35,441 nucleotides of DNA from a virus (taxonomy: Duplodnaviria; Caudoviricetes): the IMG/VR virus record IMGVR_UViG_3300020044_001378, positions 1 to 35,441 of that record; one strand, written 5' to 3'. The notes under the pieces were generated by a model. It had not been told where the DNA came from, searched no databases, and saw nothing but the letters and a program-made list of their open reading frames with translations. Shown piece by piece: positions 18,380 to 26,521 of this stretch (within the stretch, counting starts at the first letter, position 1; every line of letters starts with the position of its first letter). Made by a program: the position numbers and the translations under genes.

Positions 18380-19218
18380 TGTCAATCTCTAGTCTTAAGA
18401 CTGGCGTAGTCTCTCCATCTAGTTTACTTGTTGGTAATCCTAGATTGATTTCAATTGATTACCTTGTTGTTGCAGGCGGTGGTGGTGGTTCAGGAGTTAG
18501 TTCAGGTGGAGCCTATGCTGCTCCAGGCGGAGGCGCAGGTGGATTGCGCTCTACAGTAACAGCATCAGGTGGTGGAGGTTCATTAGAATCTGCACTTTTT
18601 TTAGCAGTAGGTACTGCATACACAGTTACTATTGGCGCAGGTGGTGCACAGTGGACTAATGGGAACAACTCAGTATTTTCCACAATTACATCAACTGGTG
18701 GTGGAGGTGGTGGTGGATATTCTGGAGGTTCTGGTGGTGGTGCATTTAACTTTGCGCCATACAACACTCCTGGAAGTGGAACTGCCAATCAAGGTTATGC
18801 AGGTGGAGCATCTGCAGGCAACACATCATCAGGCGGTGGCGGTGGTGCTGGTGGCGTTGGAAGTTCTGCAAGAACAGGCGGCGCTGGTGTAGCAGTTTCT
18901 ATATCAGGCGCTTCTGCTAGTTATGCAGGCGGTGGCGGTGGTGGTTGGGGTGGAACAGCAACTGCTGGCGGTGGCGCTGGCGGTGCAGCAAGTACAAATC
19001 AAGACGGTTTTCCTGGTACTGCTAACACTGGTGGCGGTGGAGGTGGAGCATCTGTAAACAATGGAGATAAATTAGGCGGTGCAGGTGGTAGTGGTATTGT
19101 TATTATTCGCACACCTGGTTCAGTTACGGCAGCATCTACGACAGGTTCACCTACTAGAACAGAATCTGGTGGATATACAATTTATCAATGGACTAGTTCA
19201 GGCACAATTACATTCTAA
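18379..19218 (+). CDS. Glycine-rich-domain tail protein (paralogue 1)
   Basis: 279 aa; DYLVVAGGGGG...GGGAGG...YTVTIGAGG...GTANTGGGGG...GGSGIVIIR. Confidence 0.8.
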   Translation: MSISSLKTGVVSPSSLLVGNPRLISIDYLVVAGGGGGSGVSSGGAYAAPGGGAGGLRSTVTASGGGGSLESALFLAVGTAYTVTIGAGGAQWTNGNNSVFSTITSTGGGGGGGYSGGSGGGAFNFAPYNTPGSGTANQGYAGGASAGNTSSGGGGGAGGVGSSARTGGAGVAVSISGASASYAGGGGGGWGGTATAGGGAGGAASTNQDGFPGTANTGGGGGGASVNNGDKLGGAGGSGIVIIRTPGSVTAASTTGSPTRTESGGYTIYQWTSSGTITF

Positions 19219-19227
19219 GGAGTAACA

Positions 19228-20136
19228 ATGGCTATTAGAAGTCTTAAGACTGGAGCGTTTAGTCGCAGTCTCCTTGTTGGTAATACATCTTTTAATCCAG
19301 TAGCAAGTGTTGATTATCTTGTAGTTGCTGGAGGCGGTGGTGGTGGTAATGCACAAACAGGTCAAGGCTACGCAGGTGGTGGTGGCGCTGGTGGTATGCG
19401 TTCAACTGTAACCGCAACAGGCGGTGGTGGTTCATTAGAATCTAAATTATCACTTACACCTGGCACTTCTTACACAGTAACTATTGGTGCAGGTGGCATT
19501 GGCGGAGGCGCAAACGGCGGTGGTCCAAATCCAACGCCTGGAAACAATTCTGTATTTTCAACAATTACTTCTACTGGTGGTGGTAATGGTGGATGGATGG
19601 TGGGCGGCGTTCCACAACCAGGTTATTTAGGTGGTTCAGGTGGTGGTGGTGCAGCAAACTTTAGCGCTGCTGGTGGTGCTGGAACTGCTAATCAAGGCTA
19701 CGCAGGTGGTGCTGGTGGAACTGCTGGAAGATATACTGGCGGTGGTGGTGGAGGTGCAGGTAGCGTAGGAACCACTCAATCAGGTCCAGGTGATGGAGTT
19801 TCTTCATCTATTTCAGGCTCATCAGTAAGTTATGCAGGTGGCGGTACTGGTACAGGTGGTTCAAGTTCAGGAGCAACACCAACAGGTGGTGGCGGTAGAA
19901 GCGCTGATGGAACAGGTGCTGCAGCAGAAGCAGGAACCGCTAATCGCGGAGGCGGAGGCGGTGCAGGAACTGCTACAAATCCATATTCACCAGGTGCAAG
20001 TGGTGGCTCAGGAATAGTTATTATGCGTATACCTGGCTCAATTACAGCGGCATCTACTACAGGTTCTCCGAGTAGAACTGAAACTGGTGGAAATACAATT
20101 TATACATTTACTGGAAGCGGGAGCATAACTTTCTAA
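19228..20136 (+). CDS. Glycine-rich-domain tail protein (paralogue 2)
   Basis: 302 aa; same motif series as 18379..19218, both ending G[TS]ITF. Confidence 0.8.
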   Translation: MAIRSLKTGAFSRSLLVGNTSFNPVASVDYLVVAGGGGGGNAQTGQGYAGGGGAGGMRSTVTATGGGGSLESKLSLTPGTSYTVTIGAGGIGGGANGGGPNPTPGNNSVFSTITSTGGGNGGWMVGGVPQPGYLGGSGGGGAANFSAAGGAGTANQGYAGGAGGTAGRYTGGGGGGAGSVGTTQSGPGDGVSSSISGSSVSYAGGGTGTGGSSSGATPTGGGGRSADGTGAAAEAGTANRGGGGGAGTATNPYSPGASGGSGIVIMRIPGSITAASTTGSPSRTETGGNTIYTFTGSGSITF

Positions 20137-20726
20137 TGGCTGTTATCAGTATTAAAAACAAAACTAAAAGTGGCTCACTACTAGTTGGTAATGCTGCTTA
20201 TATGCCACCTTCATTTGACTCTATTGCTACTGTAACTGTTGGTAGTGGTGGTGCATCATCTGTGACTTTTTCTTCAATACCACAAACTTATTCTCATTTA
20301 CAATTAAGAATAATTGGAAGAACAAATAGAGGTTCATCTCTCGATAATATCATTATCAATTTTAATGGAGACACAGGTGCCAATTATTATAGCCGTCGTC
20401 TTGAGGGTGACGGCTCAGGTGCTTACTCTGATGGATATGGACTGAGTAACCAACCAGCAGGTTTCTTGGTGCCAACATCAGCAGATGCAGCAAATGCTTT
20501 TACGGGTGGTGTTATGGATATTTTAGATTACACATCTACTGTAAAAAATAAAACAACCAGGGCTTTGCGAGGAATTGATTTAAACGGCAGTGGATATATG
20601 ACATTAGGCTCAGTCTTGTGGATGCCAACTACTCCAGTGGCTATAACTTCTATTAACTTGCTTTCTCAAAATGGAGCAAATATATCCCAACACTCATCTT
20701 TTGCACTATACGGAATTAAGGAATAA
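20136..20726 (+). CDS. Tail-tip / receptor-binding-type protein (FSSIP family, paralogue 1)
   Basis: 196 aa; VTFSSIPQTYSHLQLR...FNGDTGANY...AITSI...FALYGIK. Confidence 0.7.
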   Translation: MAVISIKNKTKSGSLLVGNAAYMPPSFDSIATVTVGSGGASSVTFSSIPQTYSHLQLRIIGRTNRGSSLDNIIINFNGDTGANYYSRRLEGDGSGAYSDGYGLSNQPAGFLVPTSADAANAFTGGVMDILDYTSTVKNKTTRALRGIDLNGSGYMTLGSVLWMPTTPVAITSINLLSQNGANISQHSSFALYGIKE

Positions 20727-20729
20727 TAA

Positions 20730-21230
20730 ATGGCTATTACTTATGAACCTATTGCTACGCAGACTTTAGTCACAGCAGCAGCATCAGTCACCTTTAGTTC
20801 TATTCCAAGTACCTATACTGATTTAGTTATTGTTACAAATTTTGCTATGTCAGCAAATGACCGATATGCACATTATGTGCAAGTCAATGGTGATACGGGC
20901 AGTAATTATTCTCGAACAATTTTATATGGCACTGGGTCTTCTGCTGGAAGTGCTAGACAATCAAATAATACCAGTATGTATTTTGGAACCTGGAGTACTG
21001 ATATGGACACAACTGATAGAGCGGCTACAAACATTTTCTTTAATAACTATTCTAATACTACAACTTTCAAAACAGCCATAGGTAGATACAGTATTGCATC
21101 GGTTGAGGTTGGCGCAGGTGTCGGAATGTGGCGTAATACAGCCGCTATTACTAGCATAAACTTAGCAACAAGTGGAGATAATTATATTGTTGGTAGCACC
21201 TTCACCCTCTATGGAATTAAGGCGGCATAA
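20730..21230 (+). CDS. Tail-tip protein (FSSIP family, paralogue 2)
   Basis: 166 aa; VTFSSIPSTYTDLVIV...VNGDTGSNY...AITSI...FTLYGIK. Confidence 0.7.
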   Translation: MAITYEPIATQTLVTAAASVTFSSIPSTYTDLVIVTNFAMSANDRYAHYVQVNGDTGSNYSRTILYGTGSSAGSARQSNNTSMYFGTWSTDMDTTDRAATNIFFNNYSNTTTFKTAIGRYSIASVEVGAGVGMWRNTAAITSINLATSGDNYIVGSTFTLYGIKAA

Positions 21231-21754
21231 TGGCTACTACATATACATTAATTGCTTCTAATATCGTTGGCAGTGGTGGTGCTGCTAGTGTTACTTTTTC
21301 AGGAATACCTCAGACTGGGTACACTGACTTGATTATAAAAACAAGTGGACGCTGCACTCAAAACTACGGAGATATGTTAATTAGATTTAATTCTGATAGC
21401 GGTGCTAACTATTCTATGCGTCAATTTAGAGGTGATGGTTCAAATGTTTCATCATCATCTTCATCTGCTCAAACTATTGGTTACGCTGGCTTAAGCATTG
21501 CCCGCTCTAGTTACACAGCAAATACTTTTGGTAATTCGGAGATTTATATACCCAATGCTTTTGGGTCATCTGCAAAATCTTATAGCGTTGATGCGTTAAA
21601 TCAAAATAATGGAACTGCAGCAGATGCTATGCTTGTGGCTGGCAGGTGGTCTGGAACAGCAGCAATAAATTCAATTACATTAAGCACAGATGTTGGTTAT
21701 GGAGACTTTACTCAATACTCAACTTTTTATCTATATGGCATCAACAAATCATAA
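21230..21754 (+). CDS. Tail-tip protein (FSSIP family, paralogue 3)
   Basis: 174 aa; VTFSGIPQTGYTDLIIK...FNSDSGANY...AINSI...FYLYGIN. Confidence 0.7.
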   Translation: MATTYTLIASNIVGSGGAASVTFSGIPQTGYTDLIIKTSGRCTQNYGDMLIRFNSDSGANYSMRQFRGDGSNVSSSSSSAQTIGYAGLSIARSSYTANTFGNSEIYIPNAFGSSAKSYSVDALNQNNGTAADAMLVAGRWSGTAAINSITLSTDVGYGDFTQYSTFYLYGINKS

Positions 21755-21764
21755 GGAGACAACA

Positions 21765-21989
21765 ATGACAACAGCAATCGAAGTAAACTGTGAAACAGGG
21801 GAAGTCATTGAACGCCCTTTAACAGCAGAAGAACTAGCACAGCGCGAAGTAGATGCAGTAGTACGCGCTGCAGGAGAAGCAGAGCGTGCAGCAGCAGAAG
21901 CAACAGCACAGGCTTCTAAGGAATCAGCACAGGCTAAGTTAGCAGCACTCGGATTAACAGCCGAGGAAATTGCTGCACTATCTAAGTGA
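21765..21989 (+). CDS. Small protein, probable tail-fibre assembly chaperone
   Basis: Start moved to ATG 21765 (RBS AAGGAG); VNCETGEVIERPLTAEE...AKLAALGLTAEEIAAL. Confidence 0.65.
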   Translation: MTTAIEVNCETGEVIERPLTAEELAQREVDAVVRAAGEAERAAAEATAQASKESAQAKLAALGLTAEEIAALSK

Positions 21990-21997
21990 GGGATGAG

Positions 21998-22372
21998 ATG
22001 GCACACTTTGCACAACTAGATGAAAACAATGTAGTCACACAGGTAATTGTTGTGGCTAACGAGGAACTACTTCTTGACGGAGTAGAGAACGAGACTAAGG
22101 GCATTATGTTCTGCAAGTCTCTACTAGGTGAGGATACCCGCTGGGTTCAGACATCTTATAACGCTACAATCCGTAAGAACTATGCTGGCATTGGCTATAC
22201 CTATGACCCAGTTGCTGACCATTTCTTTGCGCCTCAACCATTTCCTTCTTGGACTTTAGACGCTGACGCTAAATGGCAGGCACCTGTACCATATCCAGTA
22301 GAAGAGGGTAAGTTCTTTACCTGGGATGAGCCAACCTTATCTTGGGTTGAAGTAGTACTACCAACAGAATAA
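21998..22372 (+). CDS. Tail-associated protein (MAHFA...RKNYAGIGYTYD type)
   Basis: ATG 21998; motif set typical of proteins adjacent to Gly-rich tail genes. Confidence 0.7.
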   Translation: MAHFAQLDENNVVTQVIVVANEELLLDGVENETKGIMFCKSLLGEDTRWVQTSYNATIRKNYAGIGYTYDPVADHFFAPQPFPSWTLDADAKWQAPVPYPVEEGKFFTWDEPTLSWVEVVLPTE

Positions 22373-22389
22373 CGAAAGCAGGGGACGCA

Positions 22390-23112
22390 ATGGCTAAAGT
22401 AAACAAGGGAACAGTAGCACTAGGCTGGTGTGACAACGGCAATACAGATGGCAAGTTCACAGAGGGTATGGTTTCCATAGCCCTCCAGGCTCCTGCCAAC
22501 AATATTGAAATTACACACAGTATGCGAGTGCAAGGTAACCAAATCGGAAGACAACGCCAAGTACTCTTTGATTACTGGGCAGACCAGATTAAAACTGATT
22601 GGCTCTTATGGGTTGACTCAGACATCGTAATGGATATCCACGTACTGACTAAAGTATGGGATGCAGCAGACAAGATTGGTAAGCCAGTAGTAACTGGCAC
22701 TTACTTCATCTCTAAGCAGAACGAAGGCACGCTAGCCCAACCGTTTCCTGCGCTGTTCCACAATGTAGACGAACACACACTACGCCACGTGCATCCACTA
22801 CCTGAGAATCAAGTAATACCAGTTGACTCAGCAGGGCTTGGCTTTACATTGATGCATAAGTCTGTGATACCAGCACTACGTGCTAAGTACCCAGACCAAT
22901 CTTTGTTTGCAGAGCAAGAAGGATTAGGCGATAAGTTTGTAGGAGAAGACATTGTGTTCTTCCGCAAACTCAAAGAAGCAGGCATTCCATTATACGCACA
23001 CACAGGTGCGCTAGTACGACATATGAAACGATTCTCGTTAGACGTAGATTACTACGGTCTCTACTGGAGTTGGCAAACATTGAAAAAAGAAATAGAGCAA
23101 AACAAACCCTAA
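22390..23112 (+). CDS. GT-A fold (family 2-like) glycosyltransferase
   Basis: DWLLWVDSDI (DxD), AGLGFTLMHKSV, GEDIVFF, HMK. Confidence 0.8.
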   Translation: MAKVNKGTVALGWCDNGNTDGKFTEGMVSIALQAPANNIEITHSMRVQGNQIGRQRQVLFDYWADQIKTDWLLWVDSDIVMDIHVLTKVWDAADKIGKPVVTGTYFISKQNEGTLAQPFPALFHNVDEHTLRHVHPLPENQVIPVDSAGLGFTLMHKSVIPALRAKYPDQSLFAEQEGLGDKFVGEDIVFFRKLKEAGIPLYAHTGALVRHMKRFSLDVDYYGLYWSWQTLKKEIEQNKP

Positions 23113-23121
23113 GGAGTCTAA

Positions 23122-25098
23122 GTGGCTGGTCGTGATATTACCGAAGGTCGTCCAACGCGAGCCATCGCAACTGATATTGGTATCGTTTCCGACGGTGCAA
23201 TCTGGCAGAACACTGACATCAATTATGATGTAGCAATCGGTGGACTTCCATTCATCTACGCAATCAGTGATGCACGACCATATGTTAGACAGACAGCACC
23301 ATTTCGTAAAGACCAGTTCGACAACCAGACAGAACCAGGAGAGCAATCTCTAACTGGTTGGTGGATTCGTTCACAGTCTTCTTTCCACGGTGGTACAGGC
23401 ATTGTCTACTTTGACCCACAAACCTCTGACCCATTTGGTCACTATCGTTTTGCAGATAGCAAGGGTGTGGATGTATTCAAGCAGGGTGAAGTAACCCTAC
23501 TTAACAATGTTACAGAAGGTCACAATGTCACTGGGCAGATTCGCTCGAATGGTCGACCTTTTCAAACTGCTCGCTCAATCAAGTACGGTAGTACATCTGG
23601 CATCTTGTTGTGGGATGAGTATGACGTTGACAAGATTGCATCAAATGGAACAGTGACTCACTTCATTGACTACATCTCTGGCACGGACACTCCTGTCTTT
23701 GGTATTTGTGATGATGGTACAACTGCATTCTGGATTACCAATACTGCTACAAAGAAGACTGTTTATAAGAAGCCTTTGACTGGCACATCAGCATCAACTG
23801 CAGATGTTACAAAGATGTTTGATGAAGTCGGAACAGTTGCTAACGCAACTATGGAGTATGTCAAAGAACGTATTGTTATGTGCGCTGACAACAAAGTGTA
23901 TGAGTTCTCATCATCTGCGGTGGCTATGCCAACAGCCATCTACACGCATCCCTCAACCAGCCACGTCTATAGTTCTATAGCCGCATCTGGTTCTGCAATT
24001 TATATTGCTGGATACAATGGCATTCAGTCAACAATCATTAAGTTCACACTCTCTACTGCTGGAGTTATGCCAACTCTGACATCAGCAGTTGTCGCAGCAG
24101 AACTACCAGTAGGAGAAATCTGTCACAAGATTTATTACTACCTAGGCTTTATGATGATTGGAACTAACAAGGGTATCCGAGCAGCAACTGTCTCAGATGT
24201 TGATGGTTCAATTAACTATGGTCCATTGATTGTGGAAACAAGTCAGCCTTGCTATGACTTCGCAGCACGTGACCGCTTTGTGTGGTGTGCTACATCTGTC
24301 AACGGTGAGCCTGGTGTTATCCGTATTGATTTAGGTACAGAGTTAGAACCACTTCGCTTTGCTTATGCTAACGACATCTATTACCCAGGAGTTACTGGTC
24401 ACCAGACAACTGCCTGTGCATTTATGAATGGCACAGACCAGTTATCTTTTGTTACTACAGCAACATCGACATCTGCTGTTGGATATACATACATTGAGAA
24501 TATGTCGCAGTTAACTCCTACAGGTTACTTAAAGACTGGCAACATTCGATACAACACACTTGAGAAGAAGAACTTCAAGCGACTATTAGGTCGAGGTGAC
24601 TTCACCTACGGTTCTATGACATTAGATACTGTTGATGAAAACGGCACAGAGTATGACGTTATCTCTTATGACGCATCAGTTGGTGCGCCAGAGGTAACAA
24701 CTTCATCTCCTGCTACCGCACAAGAGTACTTGGCTTATAAGTTTATTATGTACAGGGATGGAACAGACTCAAGCAAGGGTCCAGTATTTAAGGGCTACCA
24801 GGCTAAAGCAACTATTGCTACTCCACGTCAACGTGTGATGCAGTTCCCTGTCTATTGCTATGACATTGAGACTGACCGCTACAACGTACTACTTGGATAC
24901 GAAGGCAGAGCCTTCGACAAGATTCGTTTACTTGAAGACATCGAAGGCAACGGAGATGTTATTACCTGGCAAGACCTAACAACTGGCGAATCTCGTCAGG
25001 CTGTTATCGAACAAGTTACGTTCACCCGCTTGACCCCACCAGATAAGCGCTTTGATGGCTTTGGTGGAATCTTACAAATCACTATCCGTACCGTATAA
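23122..25098 (+). CDS. Putative tail nozzle (tail tubular protein B-like, beta-propeller)
   Basis: 658 aa, beta-rich; GTG start with AAGGAG; last structural gene before lysis. Confidence 0.6.
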   Translation: MAGRDITEGRPTRAIATDIGIVSDGAIWQNTDINYDVAIGGLPFIYAISDARPYVRQTAPFRKDQFDNQTEPGEQSLTGWWIRSQSSFHGGTGIVYFDPQTSDPFGHYRFADSKGVDVFKQGEVTLLNNVTEGHNVTGQIRSNGRPFQTARSIKYGSTSGILLWDEYDVDKIASNGTVTHFIDYISGTDTPVFGICDDGTTAFWITNTATKKTVYKKPLTGTSASTADVTKMFDEVGTVANATMEYVKERIVMCADNKVYEFSSSAVAMPTAIYTHPSTSHVYSSIAASGSAIYIAGYNGIQSTIIKFTLSTAGVMPTLTSAVVAAELPVGEICHKIYYYLGFMMIGTNKGIRAATVSDVDGSINYGPLIVETSQPCYDFAARDRFVWCATSVNGEPGVIRIDLGTELEPLRFAYANDIYYPGVTGHQTTACAFMNGTDQLSFVTTATSTSAVGYTYIENMSQLTPTGYLKTGNIRYNTLEKKNFKRLLGRGDFTYGSMTLDTVDENGTEYDVISYDASVGAPEVTTSSPATAQEYLAYKFIMYRDGTDSSKGPVFKGYQAKATIATPRQRVMQFPVYCYDIETDRYNVLLGYEGRAFDKIRLLEDIEGNGDVITWQDLTTGESRQAVIEQVTFTRLTPPDKRFDGFGGILQITIRTV

Positions 25099-25116
25099 CT
25101 CTTAGGAGCGCAATCA

Positions 25117-25323
25117 ATGACCGCAGCAAACTGGGCTGGGCTAATCGTATCTGTAATCGCAATCGTATCTGCATTTGCTGGTTCGGTAAGATGGCTAGTT
25201 AAGCATTACCTTTATGAATTGAAACCTAACTCAGGCTCAAGCCTAAAGGATTCGGTCATACGACTAGAAGAAAAAGTAGAAGTCCTCTACCAGATGATGT
25301 TACAGCGAGGGAAGAATGAATGA
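25117..25323 (+). CDS. Holin-like membrane protein
   Basis: One N-terminal TM segment, then PNSGSSLKD..RLE coiled coil; precedes the endolysin. Confidence 0.6.
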   Translation: MTAANWAGLIVSVIAIVSAFAGSVRWLVKHYLYELKPNSGSSLKDSVIRLEEKVEVLYQMMLQRGKNE

Positions 25324-25823
25324 AAACTGTTGCCAAGAAAGCCACACCTGCCGCTATTGCTGTCCTTCGACAAGCCACAGCGATTTCACCATTGCGTATG
25401 AAAGCCAGCGATGGTCTTCTGCCGTCGAACGCTCATCTCAAGCAGAGTCCTGTGAGCGACCATAACACTGGTTTTGCAGTTGACTTAACACACGACCCTA
25501 AGAATGGTATTGATTGTGAAGAAATTTTTGAGAAACTTAAAGAAGACAAGCGTGTTAAGTACCTTATCTTCAAAGGAAAAATTTGGTCTAAAGAAAAATC
25601 TAAGTTGGGAAACAGACGGTACACTGGGAGTAATCCTCATAATAAGCATCTACATATTTCTATTGAGTCCACTATGGGTACCGATACTTCTCCTTGGTTT
25701 TGGTGGATGAATCAACCTAAGATTGTTAATCAAGTTATTGCAAAGGTAACACCTACGCCCGCTAAGAAGGCGTACAAAACTGAAGTTTGCACCTGTTGCA
25801 AATTGCACAGTGCAAAATCCTAA
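25320..25823 (+). CDS. Endolysin, LAS/M15-like Zn peptidase
   Basis: SDHNTGFAVD (SxHxxGxAxD) and HNKHLHIS (HxH). Confidence 0.75.
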   Translation: MKTVAKKATPAAIAVLRQATAISPLRMKASDGLLPSNAHLKQSPVSDHNTGFAVDLTHDPKNGIDCEEIFEKLKEDKRVKYLIFKGKIWSKEKSKLGNRRYTGSNPHNKHLHISIESTMGTDTSPWFWWMNQPKIVNQVIAKVTPTPAKKAYKTEVCTCCKLHSAKS

Positions 25824-25839
25824 TCCCCTAGGAGGAACA

Positions 25840-26025
25840 ATGGAACAATTCAAGCAACTATCACTCACTTGGTTTCGTGCAGCAGCAGCATCTGCTGTAG
25901 CACTATTCCTTGCTGGCGAGTCAGACCTTAAGACTCTGGCAATGGCAGCAGCGGCTGGGTTTGCTGGTCCACTACTTAAGTGGCTAGACAACTCTGCCCC
26001 AGAGTTTGGTCGCGGTTCAAAGTAA
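25840..26025 (+). CDS. Holin
   Basis: ATG 25840 with AGGAGGA; 61 aa, two hydrophobic segments. Confidence 0.7.
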   Translation: MEQFKQLSLTWFRAAAASAVALFLAGESDLKTLAMAAAAGFAGPLLKWLDNSAPEFGRGSK

Positions 26026-26064
26026 TACCCTCTATACGCCTTCCAAGGCGGTTTTAAGACACTT

Positions 26065-26108
26065 AGACCCTCAGGTCATAGGATTACCTATGGCTTGGGG
26101 GTCTTTTT
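26065..26108 (+). terminator. Intrinsic terminator of the late operon
   Basis: 18-bp stem AGACCCTCAGGTCATAGG-ATTA-CCTATGGCTTGGGGGTCT (three G-U pairs valid only on the + RNA), then TTTT. Confidence 0.85.
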
Positions 26109-26127
26109 GTCATTTCTGTAGGGTCAT

Positions 26128-26170
26128 CGGCGTGTCGCTAACTTACAGTCAGGTCAGTTGTGTGTATACT
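26128..26170 (+). promoter_or_regulatory. Candidate sigmaA promoter with an upstream WhiA-type site
   Basis: -10 TATACT 26165-70; weak -35 CTTACA at 17-bp spacing; GTGTC (GACAC on the - strand) at 26132-36. Confidence 0.5.
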
Positions 26171-26173
26171 CAG

Positions 26174-26256
26174 ATTATTAATTATTAATATTAATTAATA
26201 TAAGGCGCGAAGCGCCGATATTATATATATAATTATATAATAATAACTAAATAGAT
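26174..26256. other. AT-rich putative replication origin with a central GC mini-hairpin
   Basis: Nearly pure A/T arms flank GGCGC-GAA-GCGCC (26204-16); lies directly upstream of the replication genes. Confidence 0.55.
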
Positions 26257-26329
26257 TTACATAGTTCTCCCTTATCGAGTACCCTCCTGTCCTCTAAGGG
26301 AGGACTATGTAACAACTTTAAGACAGGAG
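26257..26329 (+). ncRNA. Candidate RBS-sequestering pseudoknot leader
   Basis: 18-bp stem 26257-74/26295-312 (one G-U) plus GAG/CTC; loop CTCCTGTC (26284-91) is the exact complement of GACAGGAG (26322-29), the RBS of the next gene. Confidence 0.7.
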
Positions 26330-26335
26330 AAGTCG

Positions 26336-26521
26336 ATGATTAAATTAGACAGTTATGAACTGCCAGCACATATATCCTACTCAGCATTTACCACTTACCT
26401 GACCTGTGGATATCAGTACTACCTAGGTAGATTACTTCAGGTACCAGAGGAACCATCTATCTGGTCAGCAGGCGGACGAGCATTTCACTTAGCAGCAGAG
26501 TTGTATGACTATGACAACTAA
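26336..26521 (+). CDS. Cas4/RecB-like PD-(D/E)XK exonuclease, N-terminal part
   Basis: HISYSAFTTYLTCGYQYYL...GRAFH, the typical N-terminal motif with the first Fe-S Cys. Confidence 0.75.
   Translation: MIKLDSYELPAHISYSAFTTYLTCGYQYYLGRLLQVPEEPSIWSAGGRAFHLAAELYDYDN

Noticed and set aside
18379-21754. Diversity-generating retroelement acting on the tail paralogues
   Set aside because: No reverse transcriptase, and no near-identical template/variable repeat pair with adenine-specific differences; the paralogues differ at all bases.
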